A DNA stretch of 64,000 nt from NCBI GenBank assembly GCA_010093745.1, contig MU005981.1, positions 62,001-126,000 on the forward strand, written 5' to 3'. The notes below the pieces were generated by a model that saw only the letters and a program-made list of their open reading frames with translations, searched no databases and was not told where the DNA came from. Shown here in pieces: positions 47,462 through 61,000 of the stretch. Positions within the stretch are counted from its first letter, which is position 1; each line of letters begins with the position of its first letter. A program made the position numbers and the translations under genes. This DNA comes from Piedraia hortae CBS 480.64 (lineage: Eukaryota).

Positions 47462-48710
47462 CAGACGGTCTGCTCTTCTGTTCTCACTCCGTATTTCTTT
47501 CGTACCGCTTCACATCTCTTATCATCATGGACGCTGCCATTAGTGGAACTTATGCTCTGGTCGAGAATGGCATCAAGCCAAATTTTCGCGACTACCGCCA
47601 AAAAGCATCTGGTCAATCGTACAACCTTGTACGAACGGTTCCAGGGCCTCACGGTAGATCGAGACACCGCATTGGAGGCGCGCAGGAGCCTGTCACAGGA
47701 GCAAGAGGAGGAGCTGGTCAAGTACATCAGCTTTACGTGTGATTGGTGCTTGCCTCCCTCGCCAGCCATGGGTTGCACCTTAATCTCAAGTTTCTCCAGT
47801 ATTGCATCGCCCACAAGATTCTGGTAGCTTTTAATCCCCCCCACGCAACCCACCGTCTTCAGCCCCCGGATGTGGGCTTGTTCTCCCCTCTGGGGAACTA
47901 CTACAGCCAGGGGTTGAATAGCTTCATAAATATGTCGCTGGGGCAAACAATGATGACTAAGAGGAGTTTCCTAGGTATCATTTGACCTGCCTTTGAGAAG
48001 GCCTTCGCCAAGGAGAATGCCCTGTCGGCATGGAGGAAAACGGGCATCTTCCTCTTCAATCCAGAAATGGTCCTAAGCAAGCTGCCTGCCGCTCGACCTG
48101 TGGCGGTCCAGAGCAGTGCAGAGCTAGGCACATCCACAAGACAACTACGCTTAAAAGTGGGAATGGTCTCCCGACGGGCAGGTCCTGAAACTCGGGAGGT
48201 GCTACAGGAACTGAGCTAAAGTGCTCTGAACACAGCCGCAAGATTGACGCTGATGGAGCATAAATGCTCCAATCTTGAGAAAGCTTTGGCACTGGAGCGG
48301 AGGAAGAGGAAGTGCAGGTCCAGATGAATGGAGCAGGTTAGGGATATGGAAGGATAGGGAGGGGCACTGTTTGTTGACACTGGGGTCCTTCAGAAGGCTT
48401 GGGAGTTGGAGCAGCTGCAGGCAGATGCGAAGGAGCGGGAGGGGTGGGAGGAACAAGAGAAAGCGCAGAGGGCGTGTGAAAGGGCGGAGGCCAAGCCGTT
48501 GAAGGCTGCGGAGACGTTACGGAAGCGACAGGAACGACAAGCCGCTAAAGATGCCCGTATTGCAGCAAAGGCACGGAAGAAGGCCAAAGTCGCGGCGAGG
48601 AAAGCCGCCGCCCAGCGCTAGGATGATGACGACGACGACTACGTCGAGGAGTGGCAAGCCAGGAGGTCCACGAGGCAGGCGATCGGTAAGAACAACTAGC
48701 TTCGTATCTG
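47462..48710 (+). mobile_element. Internally deleted pogo/Fot1-like DNA transposon
   Basis: HTH/CENP-B part (VNRTTLYERFQG...LSQEQEEELVKYI...LPP) jumps directly to the DDE tail PPHATHRLQPPDVGLFSPL, then a charged C-terminus. TA flanks with degenerate inverted ends (TA-CAGA...GCT...TGTTCTYAC). Confidence 0.82.
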
Positions 48711-49130
48711 TAAGTAGGCAGTATTGATGTATTCCTATCCGTGTAGCGCACAAGCGGTTGAACAACGAGTTGGCGTGTCGTTGGCCGAGCGATGTAGCGA
48801 AACACCTAAGCGTCTCAAATACTTGATGATTGATTTAGACGAAAGTCCATGCCTTCAAATCTATATTCCATTGGTTTTCATGTTAGTATTCAAAGGGCTA
48901 TGGCTCGAAATCTTGCGGGTTTCTAGGGCCATTAAGGATCGAAACAAACATGACTAGATAGCAAGCAAAACAGGACATTAACCATGCAAATTGCATACCA
49001 TTAGAGTCTATACAATGCAAGCTATGATATAAGACCGCTCATGACTGTTTGCGGCAATTATACGTTATGTTAGGTCGATTCAAAACTGTCAGTGACGTCA
49101 CGAATTCAACCCACCAACTTTGAACGAACA

Positions 49131-49271
49131 TATTGTGCAGTTCGCCACGGAGCGATCCGCAGGTGATGACCCACACCCCTGACCAGGGTTCGCGTACTCA
49201 GAAATTTTCTTGTAGCTCTAGATACGCGTGTATACTGACACACCTGTGAGGTGCCGCTGCTTATTAGAACA
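49131..49271. mobile_element. 141-bp solo LTR-like element, family C
   Basis: Near-identical to 5135-5275. TATT...AACA termini, TSD GAACA (49126-49130 / 49272-49276). Confidence 0.88.
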
Positions 49272-49589
49272 GAACACAACACAGCGACCCAACCTTGCGC
49301 ATGCCTGGAACAAAGTGCACTGGGAACGCGAGACTTCAAACAGTACGTTCATGGGCGCAAATTATGTAAAGGATGTTATTCGGTGCTGTACTGTCGTAAT
49401 CTCTGCAATGGTGCTATTTGACATGAATTGCAGTATACCGATCGCGGCAGGGAACATGAACATACGAAACCTAAACCATACAAATCCTTAGAACATGTAC
49501 TTTCGAAAAAGCCAACCTATAGCTGTGTAATATGGTTGTGCGTGATGTTATTCAAGTTTGAAGTAGTGATCAAAAGTGTGCACGCAGTG

Positions 49590-50430
49590 GGGAAGTGCAT
49601 GCTGTGGGAAAGACTTCTACCTGGATCTTTCCGCTTGCACACATTGCGGCGAAGCTTGTTTTCCAGCAAGGCTATGCATCTGCCCAGGAGGACATCGTGT
49701 GTCTCACCTTCAACATTCCAATACTGAGACCTGACTTTGATATTGGAATCTGCTAGAAAGTCACGGAAAGATTCGTGATATATTCGTACCGTAGCCCGTG
49801 CATCTGCTTTCAGCTCTTTACCGTTTGGAAACTCGACCGCCGAAATCAAAGGCTTTAGCGTTTCGGGAACAATCATATTGTCTCCTTCTCCCAGCATACC
49901 TGTAATTGCTGGGATGGTAAGTGGAAAGTGTAGAAGAGAAACCGGATTTATCACTCGGTGGAATTGGCTGAGCCACTCAGGGCCCTGTCTAGCAGCTTGG
50001 TCCAGAATGTTGCAGTAAATTTCAGTCAGCGCTTTAGAGCCAGTGAAGCTGAGTCGGTCCACCCACTGTTGTAGTTGCCGCCGTGGACAGTTGATCATTT
50101 CTCGGAATACAAGGAAGCGTTGATGAACTGTGGCTGCGATATTTCAACCAGTTTATTAACCACGACTTCTTCTGGCCAATCATCATCTAGTCCATCATAG
50201 CTAGAATCATTTCTGCTCTGTTCGCGAAGCTTGGCCAACTCATTGCGACAGAACAATCTCAAGTCATCTTTTATGGTACTCGATTGCCAACGCTCAAGCC
50301 TCTCGTGCTGGAGATCCTTGCCCACCAATTGTCGCAGCTGATCCCCGATCTTATCGTCTGACCGGCTCGTCACAATCACCCTAAGGTTCATGGAAGTAGG
50401 AGAACCGAGTTTTGTCCAAAGGGTCATGGC
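49590..50430 (-). pseudogene. Frameshifted NACHT-domain fragment of the NLR family
   Basis: MNLRVIVTSRSDDKIGD...ERWQSSTIKDDLR and ATVRIYHESFRDFL are nearly identical to the 59-60 kb NACHT. Frameshift near 50110, no P-loop and no WD40. Confidence 0.9.
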
Positions 50431-50861
50431 ACAAGCGTTCTCAAGTCTCTAATCTAGCTGATGGTTCTGATCTAATGAAGTTTGCCAAGACCGCAATAGC
50501 GATCCTAATCATTCCAGCAGTCATTTTCATGCTCAGCAATAGGTCCCCTAATTCATAACAGACTGACTTTCTCTGCATCTAAACTTTGGCTCTGAGCGGA
50601 GACAAAGATCAAAGTCTCCTTCCTAGTGTGTGACAAGACAGATAGTATGTATGAGTGAGAACGATGGATGGAAAGTAGAGATGTGTTTTATGAGTGAATA
50701 CAAGTATATCTTCGAGGGAACATCAGAGAATATATTCTGGGCTGGAAGGCCCGTGCGTAGCCTCGTATGAAGAGTCATCAATTGTATGACCATAAGCAAG
50801 TGGTCATACATGCAGTAAGACTGTCAGCATGCAGTCTTACTCCATGACTCACCTCATAACA

Positions 50862-50961
50862 GTAGCAGGGCGCATTCACCATGTCGCATGCGACATGACC
50901 CTGAGGGAAACCTCTGTGAGGACAAAACCTAGAGTGCAGCTGCTGGTGTAAGAGGTGTCGC
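50862..50961 (-). repeat. Family-A LTR fragment
   Basis: CATTCACCATGTC...GACATGACCCTGAGGGAAACCTCTGTGAGG...AAAACCTAG matches 4450-4540. Confidence 0.85.
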
Positions 50962-51769
50962 GCAGTGGCATCGTACACTGATAGCAACGAGACTTCATGC
51001 CAACAGTTTGCACTACATCAAAGATTACACGCTTTCGTCAGCATTTAAACGAATCACCTTACATGGGTATGAAATCGCCCGTCCGATAGTACTCTACGGT
51101 CACTTCGCTTTATGATTTCCTTCCAAAGCCTAGAATCATCTTTTCTGCGAAATAGCCCCTTTGCGATAGGTAGGCGGGATGCCACCCATTTATAAACAGT
51201 GCCCTGACCCCAAATGAGCAAAAAAAACTGTAATAACGCTAATTCTTGCTAGCGAACAATGCCAGGTCTCTTGTTTGCATTGCGTATGCCATCGTCCTAG
51301 ACGGAGGTTTCATACACCTCTGGTGCACCGCCGCCTGCCTGAGAGACCAAGGGTCCAATCACCACGTGGACAGAACATTCTTGACAGAATTCACGATGAC
51401 TTGCCTACGCATTAAACCGTTCATGGAAAGATTTCACTGCCCTCAGAGCCCCAAAATTTAACATACAGCTATCCACAACATAGCCTCAACCCCACCACTC
51501 CCTCCCCCCTGTCAAAATACGCATCCCGTCTCTTTCCCTCCAGCAGTAACGCCAAAAAAAAAAAAATCACACCCTTCCCCTAGGGTATCCATTCCATTCC
51601 ATTGTCTAGGCTAGTTGCCGCGCCCGTCTAGTTCGAGATCCATTTCCGAATGTAGTAGGAATAATGCTGTTACACTGAGAGAGGGCTCTCTATCTATGCT
51701 AGGCTATGCGTCATTGAGAATCCTTGGGCATCAGACGTGACAGCTGTCCCGGAGTGCATGCCGAATTGC

Positions 51770-52020
51770 CCTTGTCGGAGTGCCTGCTAAGTGTCTAAGG
51801 CAACGCTTCGCTTGGACTAGTGCCGCATCCATAGATTGGCATTCCATTGACATTTGATAACCTGGACATGGCGAGCCGTGAGTGCTCTGTCTTCTTGAAG
51901 TTCTCGAGCCAAAAAAACCGTCAGCTTCTTCCTGATAATTTCTATCTGCTCGGGATGACACAATATGATGCACTCTGCCAAAGCATGAAGAACATGATGT
52001 TGGCAACAACATGGTTCGTT
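51770..52020 (-). mobile_element. Ty1/copia RT-RNase H junction remnant
   Basis: AALVQAKRCLRHLAGT resembles the copia motif AKR.LRYL.GT. Confidence 0.55.
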
Positions 52021-52249
52021 GGATTCGTCCTTCAGCCGGGTGAAGAGTGACGCTTGTTCAGCTTGGTGTCACCGCTGTCTAGCTCGCTCATTCGGGAGAA
52101 GGACCCCTCCAGTCGTTACTGGAGCTGGACGCATCGAGAGGGAACTTGCCCATAAAATGCTTTCCTAGCTTTGGCACTATTGTACATATCTCCCGTCAAA
52201 ACGATTGGCAATGAGTTTCCCGAGTGAGGGTAAGTCATCTGCTGACATC

Positions 52250-54020
52250 ATCTCATCTGCTGTGAGATCAATTTTCGCGTAGTGGTGACTGGAGCATATT
52301 CCGTTTGTCCAGGACGATCGATAACTTCCAGCCAAGTTACATTTGGCGTCTGACGGATGTCCAACGCCACTCTCTGCTGCCGTTCCTTGCACGGAATCAT
52401 TGCAATTTGCAAGGGGACTTGAAGCTGGCGCAGTTTCTCCAGAACGCTTCCATCAGCCTTGTGTAAAGTCCACCCCTTGTTTAGGATGACCCGATTTTTG
52501 TAATTATATCCATCAACAATATCGACTTCCGTTGCCAGCCTGACTTCGGGCCAGGCCATTCTCATCCATTCTTTTTCACTGCCTTCGAGAATGGCAGTCG
52601 GCCATCAGGGCTACCCAACTCGACGCTCGTCATCGGTTCAGGTCGGGAGTGTAGACTGACTTGCCAGACCGCTTGGCGTATTGGTTTCCGTGAGGTGGTC
52701 ATATGTCTCCTTAAACGCTTGAAGCGTCTAGGCCATGGAGGGGACTGCCCGAGAGAGGCTTTATAGATGCATTCCTGGCGTGACATTGGGTATATACCCC
52801 CTCATGGAGTTTTGCGCTTGTGAAAGCTGATACTGCGTCGAACAAGAGGATGGTCAGTCCCATTTGCTCACTGCCTTCTTCAATTTATCGCCCACATTTC
52901 CCCGTTTGTCGTCGTACATTGTGCCTTTGATAACCAGATCCAGCGCGGCGACAGTCGCTGGATCTCAGGAGACTCGAGTCTTCATGCAACGATCCGTGGC
53001 CTTTGCGTATCTCTTTGTGGCAGCCACTCACAGGCTGTGGACCAAGCGAATCTGCTCATAGTGGAATCGCCGCTCGTCGCATCAAGATCCAACTCGCCAA
53101 AGTCCGCAGGGCATCGAGTGCACATTCGACAGGCATTACTGGCACTACTGTTCTCCACCTGCTGTGGCATATCGCCAATGCAACAATAGATCATGACGCA
53201 GAGAACGTATTTCTGGCCGGCCATGTTAACCTCGATGCCTGCGTCCAGCTGTTCCATCTCCAGACCGATGGCATCTAGGACTTCGGAGGTGTTGGTTCCA
53301 TGTGGTCCCGGCATGATAGGAATGACATTCGACGGACGAGCGCGCTCTTTGGCGGACAGGGCACGATTCGTAACATAGAACCCCACGAGCGAATGGCGCA
53401 TGTTCTTGTAATGGCCGCACGCGTCGAAGAACACGATCAGAGGCAAGGATACGACTGGAACACCGCCATGGAAACTAGGGTAGAATCCGGTCAAATGGGA
53501 ACTTCCGAAGTGCAAAATCTCAAGCTCACCGCGAATGGGATGCTGCTTCCAGATAGGGCGGACTGTGGACGTTGTAGATACGTCGAACGAGATGCGCGTA
53601 TCCTCAAACCATCTGAGATAGGTCAGTACGATTAACGGCACCGTGGAACCCATAATACATCATAACGGGCACACTGGATGGTCTACAGGCGTCCGGCTGC
53701 GTGTATGTGATGTCGCCTTCGATGAGGAACAATTCCAATGGTTGTGCAGGTGGTTCTTCCGCATTCTTCGAGGCGGCGCAAGGGTTGAACACGCACAAGG
53801 CAAAATAGTCATGCTGATCTTCTTCCAGCGTGGTGGTATCAAGTTTTTCAGGAAGGGCGACACAGTTGGCTGTGCCCAGCTCTTTCAAGTGAAGTCTGAG
53901 CCGGTAAATAGTCTGGAAACCACATTTCACGACCCAACACTGCATTTGACAGGCGCATGCAAGCGGGCAAACGCCTTGTACAATTTTTGGGACCAGTCCA
54001 AGCCAAACTTCGTACAAAGG
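52250..54020 (-). mobile_element. Decayed CACTA/EnSpm(Plavaka)-like transposase
   Basis: PLIVFFDACGHYKNMRHSLVGFY...ERARPSNVIPIMPGPHG...EQLDAGI...CIGDMPQQ...CRMC resembles fungal CMC-type transposases. Broken into several ORFs. Confidence 0.55.
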
Positions 54021-54364
54021 ACACTCCCTCCGATAGCTGCTCTGTGCTGCGCTGCAACGTGCAGAAGCGGACGATGGGACATGGCCAAATCAAAGATTCA
54101 GAAACATACCTGCCGAATGGAACGCCAAACGCGCAACGACGAACGAGTCGAACGAGTTTGGTTGGTGCGACGTTGTGTTGTGTCGCGGAGTTGCGGTTGT
54201 GAGTGGGGTTAGTGTTGTGAATATGCGGTATATTACGCGCATTATTAGTAAGCGGCGCTCGGCTCTCGACTCGACACGCCAACTAGTTTTCCGTAGAGAC
54301 TTGTATGCATACTGGTACACATCTACTCACAATTCTAACAAATGGCCCTTTGGAACTTTGTATC

Positions 54365-57300
54365 GTTAGGCTGACCAATCCAGTGCTTCCCTTCAGAATT
54401 TCAGCAAAAACACATGACCATAAATCCCTCCAAGTTCTTGCGCAGATGCCGGTCATGGGAAATGCTCATGGAATGCCGGCGCACCCAACGCCACCACAGA
54501 GCGTGGAGACATCCACAGCACGACGCGGCCGAGGACTGGCATCTGCCTCTAAAGGAATTCAACAAGGCCCTTCCTCATATGGTCTGGCGGCGATGACCAC
54601 ATCGTGCATTGCATTGGTTCTTCCTATGGAAACATTCTCGGCAGGTTCAAGAAAAAGCTACAGATGTAGCGGCACGGACCGACTGTATCGCTCGGTAAAG
54701 GAACCGGGACCGTTGGAAATTTGAACAAAGTGAATTTCATTCAGAAGGAGTCTTTGCCCGTGAAATATAGCACAGTAAAACCAGTCTCTTCATTGGAAAA
54801 AGTCATTGTTCGCCCGCACGAGAACCAATAATCGCCTAGCAGCTGATCAGGTTTGCGCGAGGTGATACTGCCAGGCGTAGAAGGTGGACCCGGAGTCGAC
54901 CGCGGAAGGTCGTCATCGCCGTCGCCGGTGGCGAAACCCACAGCCCTTCTTTGTGGAGTGCTGCTAGTTGAGGTCGCTCTGGACATTGTTCCACCAGTGA
55001 TCGACCGTGGCTTATACTCCTTTCTTGTTGTCATGAAGGACGGCTTGGCTATATTAGCTGGCTCGCTAATGTTGGCGAAGGATAATTTCACCCGAAATTC
55101 TTGCATGGCCTTAATCACCAAGCGTCCATCTTCCTTGGCCTTACGGAATATGGCCTCGGTGTTATCAATGGTCTTGCTATCCCGAGGTGCTTTGAAAACC
55201 TGTTCGATTTCCTCGAATCTGTCGACCATTTCAGTAAATGCAGATATGAAGTTCTCTGCACTATTGTCAAGGCTTCCTGCCATCTTCCGACCATTGACAG
55301 TGATCCAATTTTCCCTGTGGTCCAAGGCCCAGATTTGCCGGTTTTCGGACAGCGAAGTTGAGCTTGTCGAGGCGGAAGAGTCCGCCTGCGTTTGGGGCTG
55401 ATTGTCTTCGTTGGCTGCTAAGCTGTCCACGACAGGCAGGAACCTTAACGGCACAAAGCGACCATCGCTAAGTATCGAACCAGACGTATAGCCCGGATCG
55501 AGTGTGCGCACAATGCACGCCTTTTCAATGTCCCATTCAGATATGCAATCCTTGGAGTCATGAGTGTAGAGCATCCGACCATCTGCTGAGAAACATGCCT
55601 CATACGCCGGATGATCAAATGTCTGTACCAGCGGGGTTTGTGACTTCCATTCCTAGATCCTTATTTTCCAATCTTCTGATGCCGATGCAAAGTTCTGCCC
55701 ATCTGGAGAAATCGCTATATCGTGGACTTCTTCCATATGACCGGGGAAGTTTTCTCGCAGAAGTCCACGTTCCAGATCAATAGCCCATATCTGACCGTCG
55801 CGCAAACCGCAAAGGAGTGTTTTTTTGTCTGCGGATAACGCAAGAGCATTAGCATGGCCCGGTCTGTCCTTTAGCTCTCTCAAAGCATTCGCTTCCAGAT
55901 CCCAAATCAACACCACGTTTTTTGGGGGATCGTCCGTGCATGCAACAACCACGAAACGACTGTCCGATGAGATCAGGATCTGGTGATTAATATTTGAAAG
56001 CCTTTCATCTGTTAACCGCCGTTCGCAAATTCGCGTTTCAATGTTCCAAACTCTGAGCTGGTTATCTTTAGTCAATGAAGCGAGTGATCGTCCATCCGTT
56101 GACAGTGCAAGAGGAACGGGACCAGTCGGACGCTGCGGGCTCTTCAAGGCTAGATCCAGGTCCAGCTGTTTAATTTGTCCANNNNNNNNNNGTTAGGCTG
56201 ACCAATCCAGTGCTTCCCTTCAGAATTTCAGCAAAAACACATGACCATAAATCCCTCCAAGTTCTTGCGCAGATGCCGGTCATGGGAAATGCTCATGGAA
56301 TGCCGGCGCACCCAACGCCACCACAGAGCGTGGAGACATCCACAGCACGACGCGGCCGAGGACTGGCATCTGCCTCTAAAGGAATTCAACAAGGCCCTTC
56401 CTCATATGGTCTGGCGGCGATGACCACATCGTGCATTGCATTGGTTCTTCCTATGGAAACATTCTCGGCAGGTTCAAGAAAAAGCTACAGATGTAGCGGC
56501 ACGGACCGACTGTATCGCTCGGTAAAGGAACCGGGACCGTTGGAAATTTGAACAAAGTGAATTTCATTCAGAAGGAGTCTTTGCCCGTGAAATATAGCAC
56601 AGTAAAACCAGTCTCTTCATTGGAAAAAGTCATTGTTCGCCCGCACGAGAACCAATAATCGCCTAGCAGCTGATCAGGTTTGCGCGAGGTGATACTGCCA
56701 GGCGTAGAAGGTGGACCCGGAGTCGACCGCGGAAGGTCGTCATCGCCGTCGCCGGTGGCGAAACCCACAGCCCTTCTTTGTGGAGTGCTGCTAGTTGAGG
56801 TCGCTCTGGACATTGTTCCACCAGTGATCGACCGTGGCTTATACTCCTTTCTTGTTGTCATGAAGGACGGCTTGGCTATATTAGCTGGCTCGCTAATGTT
56901 GGCGAAGGATAATTTCACCCGAAATTCTTGCATGGCCTTAATCACCAAGCGTCCATCTTCCTTGGCCTTACGGAATATGGCCTCGGTGTTATCAATGGTC
57001 TTGCTATCCCGAGGTGCTTTGAAAACCTGTTCGATTTCCTCGAATCTGTCGACCATTTCAGTAAATGCAGATATGAAGTTCTCTGCACTATTGTCAAGGC
57101 TTCCTGCCATCTTCCGACCATTGACAGTGATCCAATTTTCCCTGTGGTCCAAGGCCCAGATTTGCCGGTTTTCGGACAGCGAAGTTGAGCTTGTCGAGGC
57201 GGAAGAGTCCGCCTGCGTTTGGGGCTGATTGTCTTCGTTGGCTGCTAAGCTGTCCACGACAGGCAGGAACCTTAACGGCACAAAGCGACCATCGCTAAGT

Positions 57301-58007
57301 ATCGAACCAGACGTATAGCCCGGATCGAGTGTGCGCACAATGCACGCCTTTTCAATGTCCCATTCAGATATGCAATCCTTGGAGTCATGAGTGTAGAGCA
57401 TCCGACCATCTGCTGAGAAACATGCCTCATACGCCGGATGATCAAATGTCTGTACCAGCGGGGTTTGTGACTTCCATTCCTAGATCCTTATTTTCCAATC
57501 TTCTGATGCCGATGCAAAGTTCTGCCCATCTGGAGAAATCGCTATATCGTGGACTTCTTCCATATGACCGGGGAAGTTTTCTCGCAGAAGTCCACGTTCC
57601 AGATCAATAGCCCATATCTGACCGTCGCGCAAACCGCAAAGGAGTGTTTTTTTGTCTGCGGATAACGCAAGAGCATTAGCATGGCCCGGTCTGTCCTTTA
57701 GCTCTCTCAAAGCATTCGCTTCCAGATCCCAAATCAACACCACGTTTTTTGGGGGATCGTCCGTGCATGCAACAACCACGAAACGACTGTCCGATGAGAT
57801 CAGGATCTGGTGATTAATATTTGAAAGCCTTTCATCTGTTAACCGCCGTTCGCAAATTCGCGTTTCAATGTTCCAAACTCTGAGCTGGTTATCTTTAGTC
57901 AATGAAGCGAGTGATCGTCCATCCGTTGACAGTGCAAGAGGAACGGGACCAGTCGGACGCTGCGGGCTCTTCAAGGCTAGATCCAGGTCCAGCTGTTTAA
58001 TTTGTCC
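54365..58007. other. Apparently identical 1816-bp direct duplication (54365-56180 = 56192-58007) separated by an 11-N gap
   Basis: Identical translated ORFs at a 1827-nt offset. The junction is the N run 56181-56191. Confidence 0.95.
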
Positions 58008-61000
58008 AAAAACATCCCCCGTCCAGATTGTCTTCCCGTCGGGCGATGATGTCATAGCTGTGACGCCGCTTCCCAATTCCAGTCCCATCGGCTCTTGTTG
58101 CGTTTGAAAGTCGTAGAGATAAAGACGAAACGTGTCACCAAAAAGAACTTTCTGGCTGCCTGGCGTAACCATGAGAGGATATTCTCTATGGCGCACTTTC
58201 ATGATGTGCTCAACCTTACGGGTGGTGCAGTGAAACACCGATATTGTGTCATCCCAAGAGCGAAAGACAACGAACTTGCGGTTTGGCGAAATGGCGATGC
58301 GCTCGATAATAGTACCAGTTTGGTATATCCTCTCATGCCCAGCTTGTGGGCTCCATTTCCAGATGTCTGTGGATCCCGACACCAGTGTCTCGCTATCCGA
58401 CGAGAAGTGCAGGCACCACACTGGAGAGTTATGACCCTTAAGCACCCGTCCGGCGCCCTCTTCGGAGTTGTTGTCGGCGTCCCAGATGTAAATCTCGCCG
58501 GTGTCCAAGCCCCAAGCGGCATATCGGCCGTTCGGAGAGACGGAAACGCTTGCTGCAACGCCTGGCAGTTTGATATTAATTGGCCTGGCGTCGTCTTCCA
58601 AGTTCCACCTCCAATAACCTCCGGTCAACTCGGCAATGACCACAATGTCTTTTTCAGGGAACGCTGAAGCGGCGTCGCGAAGATAACCTACTGACGACGT
58701 TTTGACCACACTTATTACAACTTCCGTACGTTTTTCTTCGGTGCCGCTTTCAACATCCCATAGTCGCACTGTGTTGTCCTCGGCAACGGTGACAAGCCGT
58801 CTCCCGTCGATTGAAGGCGTTATCGACAGTATCCTTCCAGTATGCCCCCTCAGGGTTTGCAACTCAAAGCCCCAATCAGTCGCGACTGGCGGCCAAACTT
58901 GCAAAAACTCTTCCATCTCACTTCTGAAGGTATTTCGCACAACACTGTTGCTCGGCGCAAAAGCCAGTGCTGAAAGATATGTCTGAAGCGGTGTATCGCT
59001 GATCAGCTTTCGGTTTGCTGGTACCCATCTTAGCGCATCGGCGACAAAGGCGTGTAGCTTGGGCGAAGATTTCGACTGCGCACGGTTAGGCATACTTTCG
59101 GCAGACTGAAACGGAAGCAATACATACGTCGATGGCCTTTTGCAGCTGCTTTAGGCATACCACCATTCCCCCAAGCTTGTCCAGCCACGCCATTGCCTCT
59201 GTCCAACAAAGAAGAAATGCGCGTAGGAAAAGATCTACTTGTCCACCATCTTTGATTGCCTCGTTGCTATCGATCGCATGGCTGACCCAGTAGCGGCAGG
59301 CGTACTGTACGGACTCTGGGATGCGCTTTTCGACATGCTCTGCGGACACATCTTTGCGTTTCGTTACTAGATCTTTCTGCTTGCAGACGTCGCGGACCAG
59401 CTTTTTCTCGAGCAAGTTTCGACATTTGCTCATGAGAACGCCATGTACTTTCCCTTGATCAATCCAGAATTCAGGATGATCCTTGAGACTAGAATTCATG
59501 AGAAAGTCTCGGAAGGATTCATGATAAATCCGTACCGTGGCCCGAGAGCCTGTTCTCACCTCCTTTCCAGTCGGGAATTCGATTACCGAACTCAAGGGTC
59601 TGAGAGCATTGAAAACAACGCTGTCATCTCCTTCCCCCAGCAGATTCTCCAGTTCCGGAATTGTGAGTGTGGAATGCAGAAGGGCGATTGGTTTGATAAC
59701 TTGACTGAACCATTGAAGCCACTCTTTGTCGAGATCAGCGGCTTGTTTCAGAATACCAGAGTAAATCATGGTCAGTGTATCCGTTTCAGTGAATTTGAGC
59801 CGTTCGACCCACTCTTGAAGCCGCTTTCGTGGATTGTTGCTCACTTCCCTGAATATCGTAGACGCCGCGATGAACAGTGGATTTGATATTTTCACAAGTT
59901 TGTCGACAACGCTTTCCCCTAGCCAGTCATCCTCGAGCTCATAATTACTAGACTCTTTCCTGCTTTGCTCCCGAAGCTTTCTCAGTTCATCGTAATAAAA
60001 CGACCTCAAGTCGCCTTCGATGGTACTCGATTGCCAGTCCTCAAGCCTCTCATGCCGGAGATTCTTGTGCCCCAACTCGCTTAGCTTATCCCCGATTTTG
60101 CTGTCCGACCGGCTCGTCACAATAACTCTTAGGTTCATAGAGGTATGAGCACTAAGCGTCGGCCAAAGTTTCATGGCTTGCGCTATGGCTCCTTTGGCGT
60201 CGCACTCATCGAGAGCATCGACGACAATCGCCCTAACATCGGTTGCAGACCCCGTGTTATACCCTGAAAGCGGTCCCTCGATGAGCATCTTGAACTGCTT
60301 TTCCAAGAGCTTTGAACCTGCATCAGGTGAGTCGCGAGAAGCATTAGCGATCTTGTCGCTGATGCTAGGTATGAAACAGGCCATGTGATGTGCAAGGGTG
60401 GGAAACAGATATTGAGCATTGCTCAGTTCTTCGCCGCCGCCGCGCTTGAAAAAGAAGCTGCCCACCAAATACCCCCGTTTCGCCAGTTCATGAGCAACGG
60501 TTCGAGCTATTGTGGATTTACCCGTCCCAGCTTTCCCGGATAGCCAGAACACCCTTTGCTCATCGTCGGTGGTGGCCCATTTTTGTATAGTCTCTCTGAT
60601 ATCAACTCGGGTACCGTCTAGACACAACTGAAAGTCACCATCCTGGTTGTCGCCACTGTAGTCCATCGAGTCGTAAGCCGCCTTCTAAGCGTATCGAAGA
60701 GTACTAAGGTCTAGGGTTTTTTGAACGCCCTTGACTCCCTGATTGATCTCTGCTTGGGCATTCTCCAACGCCTTCAGCTGTTTGTTGACCCAAGCCCGCT
60801 GCCTTTTCGACACCTCGTCATTCACAGCTTGACGATGAGATTGAACAGTTTCCAGCATCCTGTCGTGTTCGGTCTTGAACTTTGGTATAATTTGACCAGT
60901 CAGAGAGTGTATCATCCGCTCAAACTTGTTCATATCGCAAGTGTGCTGAGCGTGCGCCACGAACGTCAGATTGAGGCTGTAGAGCTTGAGGACATTGAGA

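Noticed and set aside
54741..56147. Separate 277-aa and 164-aa genes
   Set aside because: They are only the duplicated copy of NLR exon 3 split at the in-frame TAG.
54365..58007. Tandem duplication of the NLR WD40/C-terminal region as real repeat expansion
   Set aside because: The copies look identical, including the internal TAG, and meet exactly at an 11-N scaffold gap. This is typical of unmerged overlapping contig ends. Read depth or long reads would be needed to accept it.
57480..58870. HET-E-type high-internal-conservation WD repeat array
   Set aside because: The WD repeats are mutually divergent and no near-identical ~126-bp units are visible.
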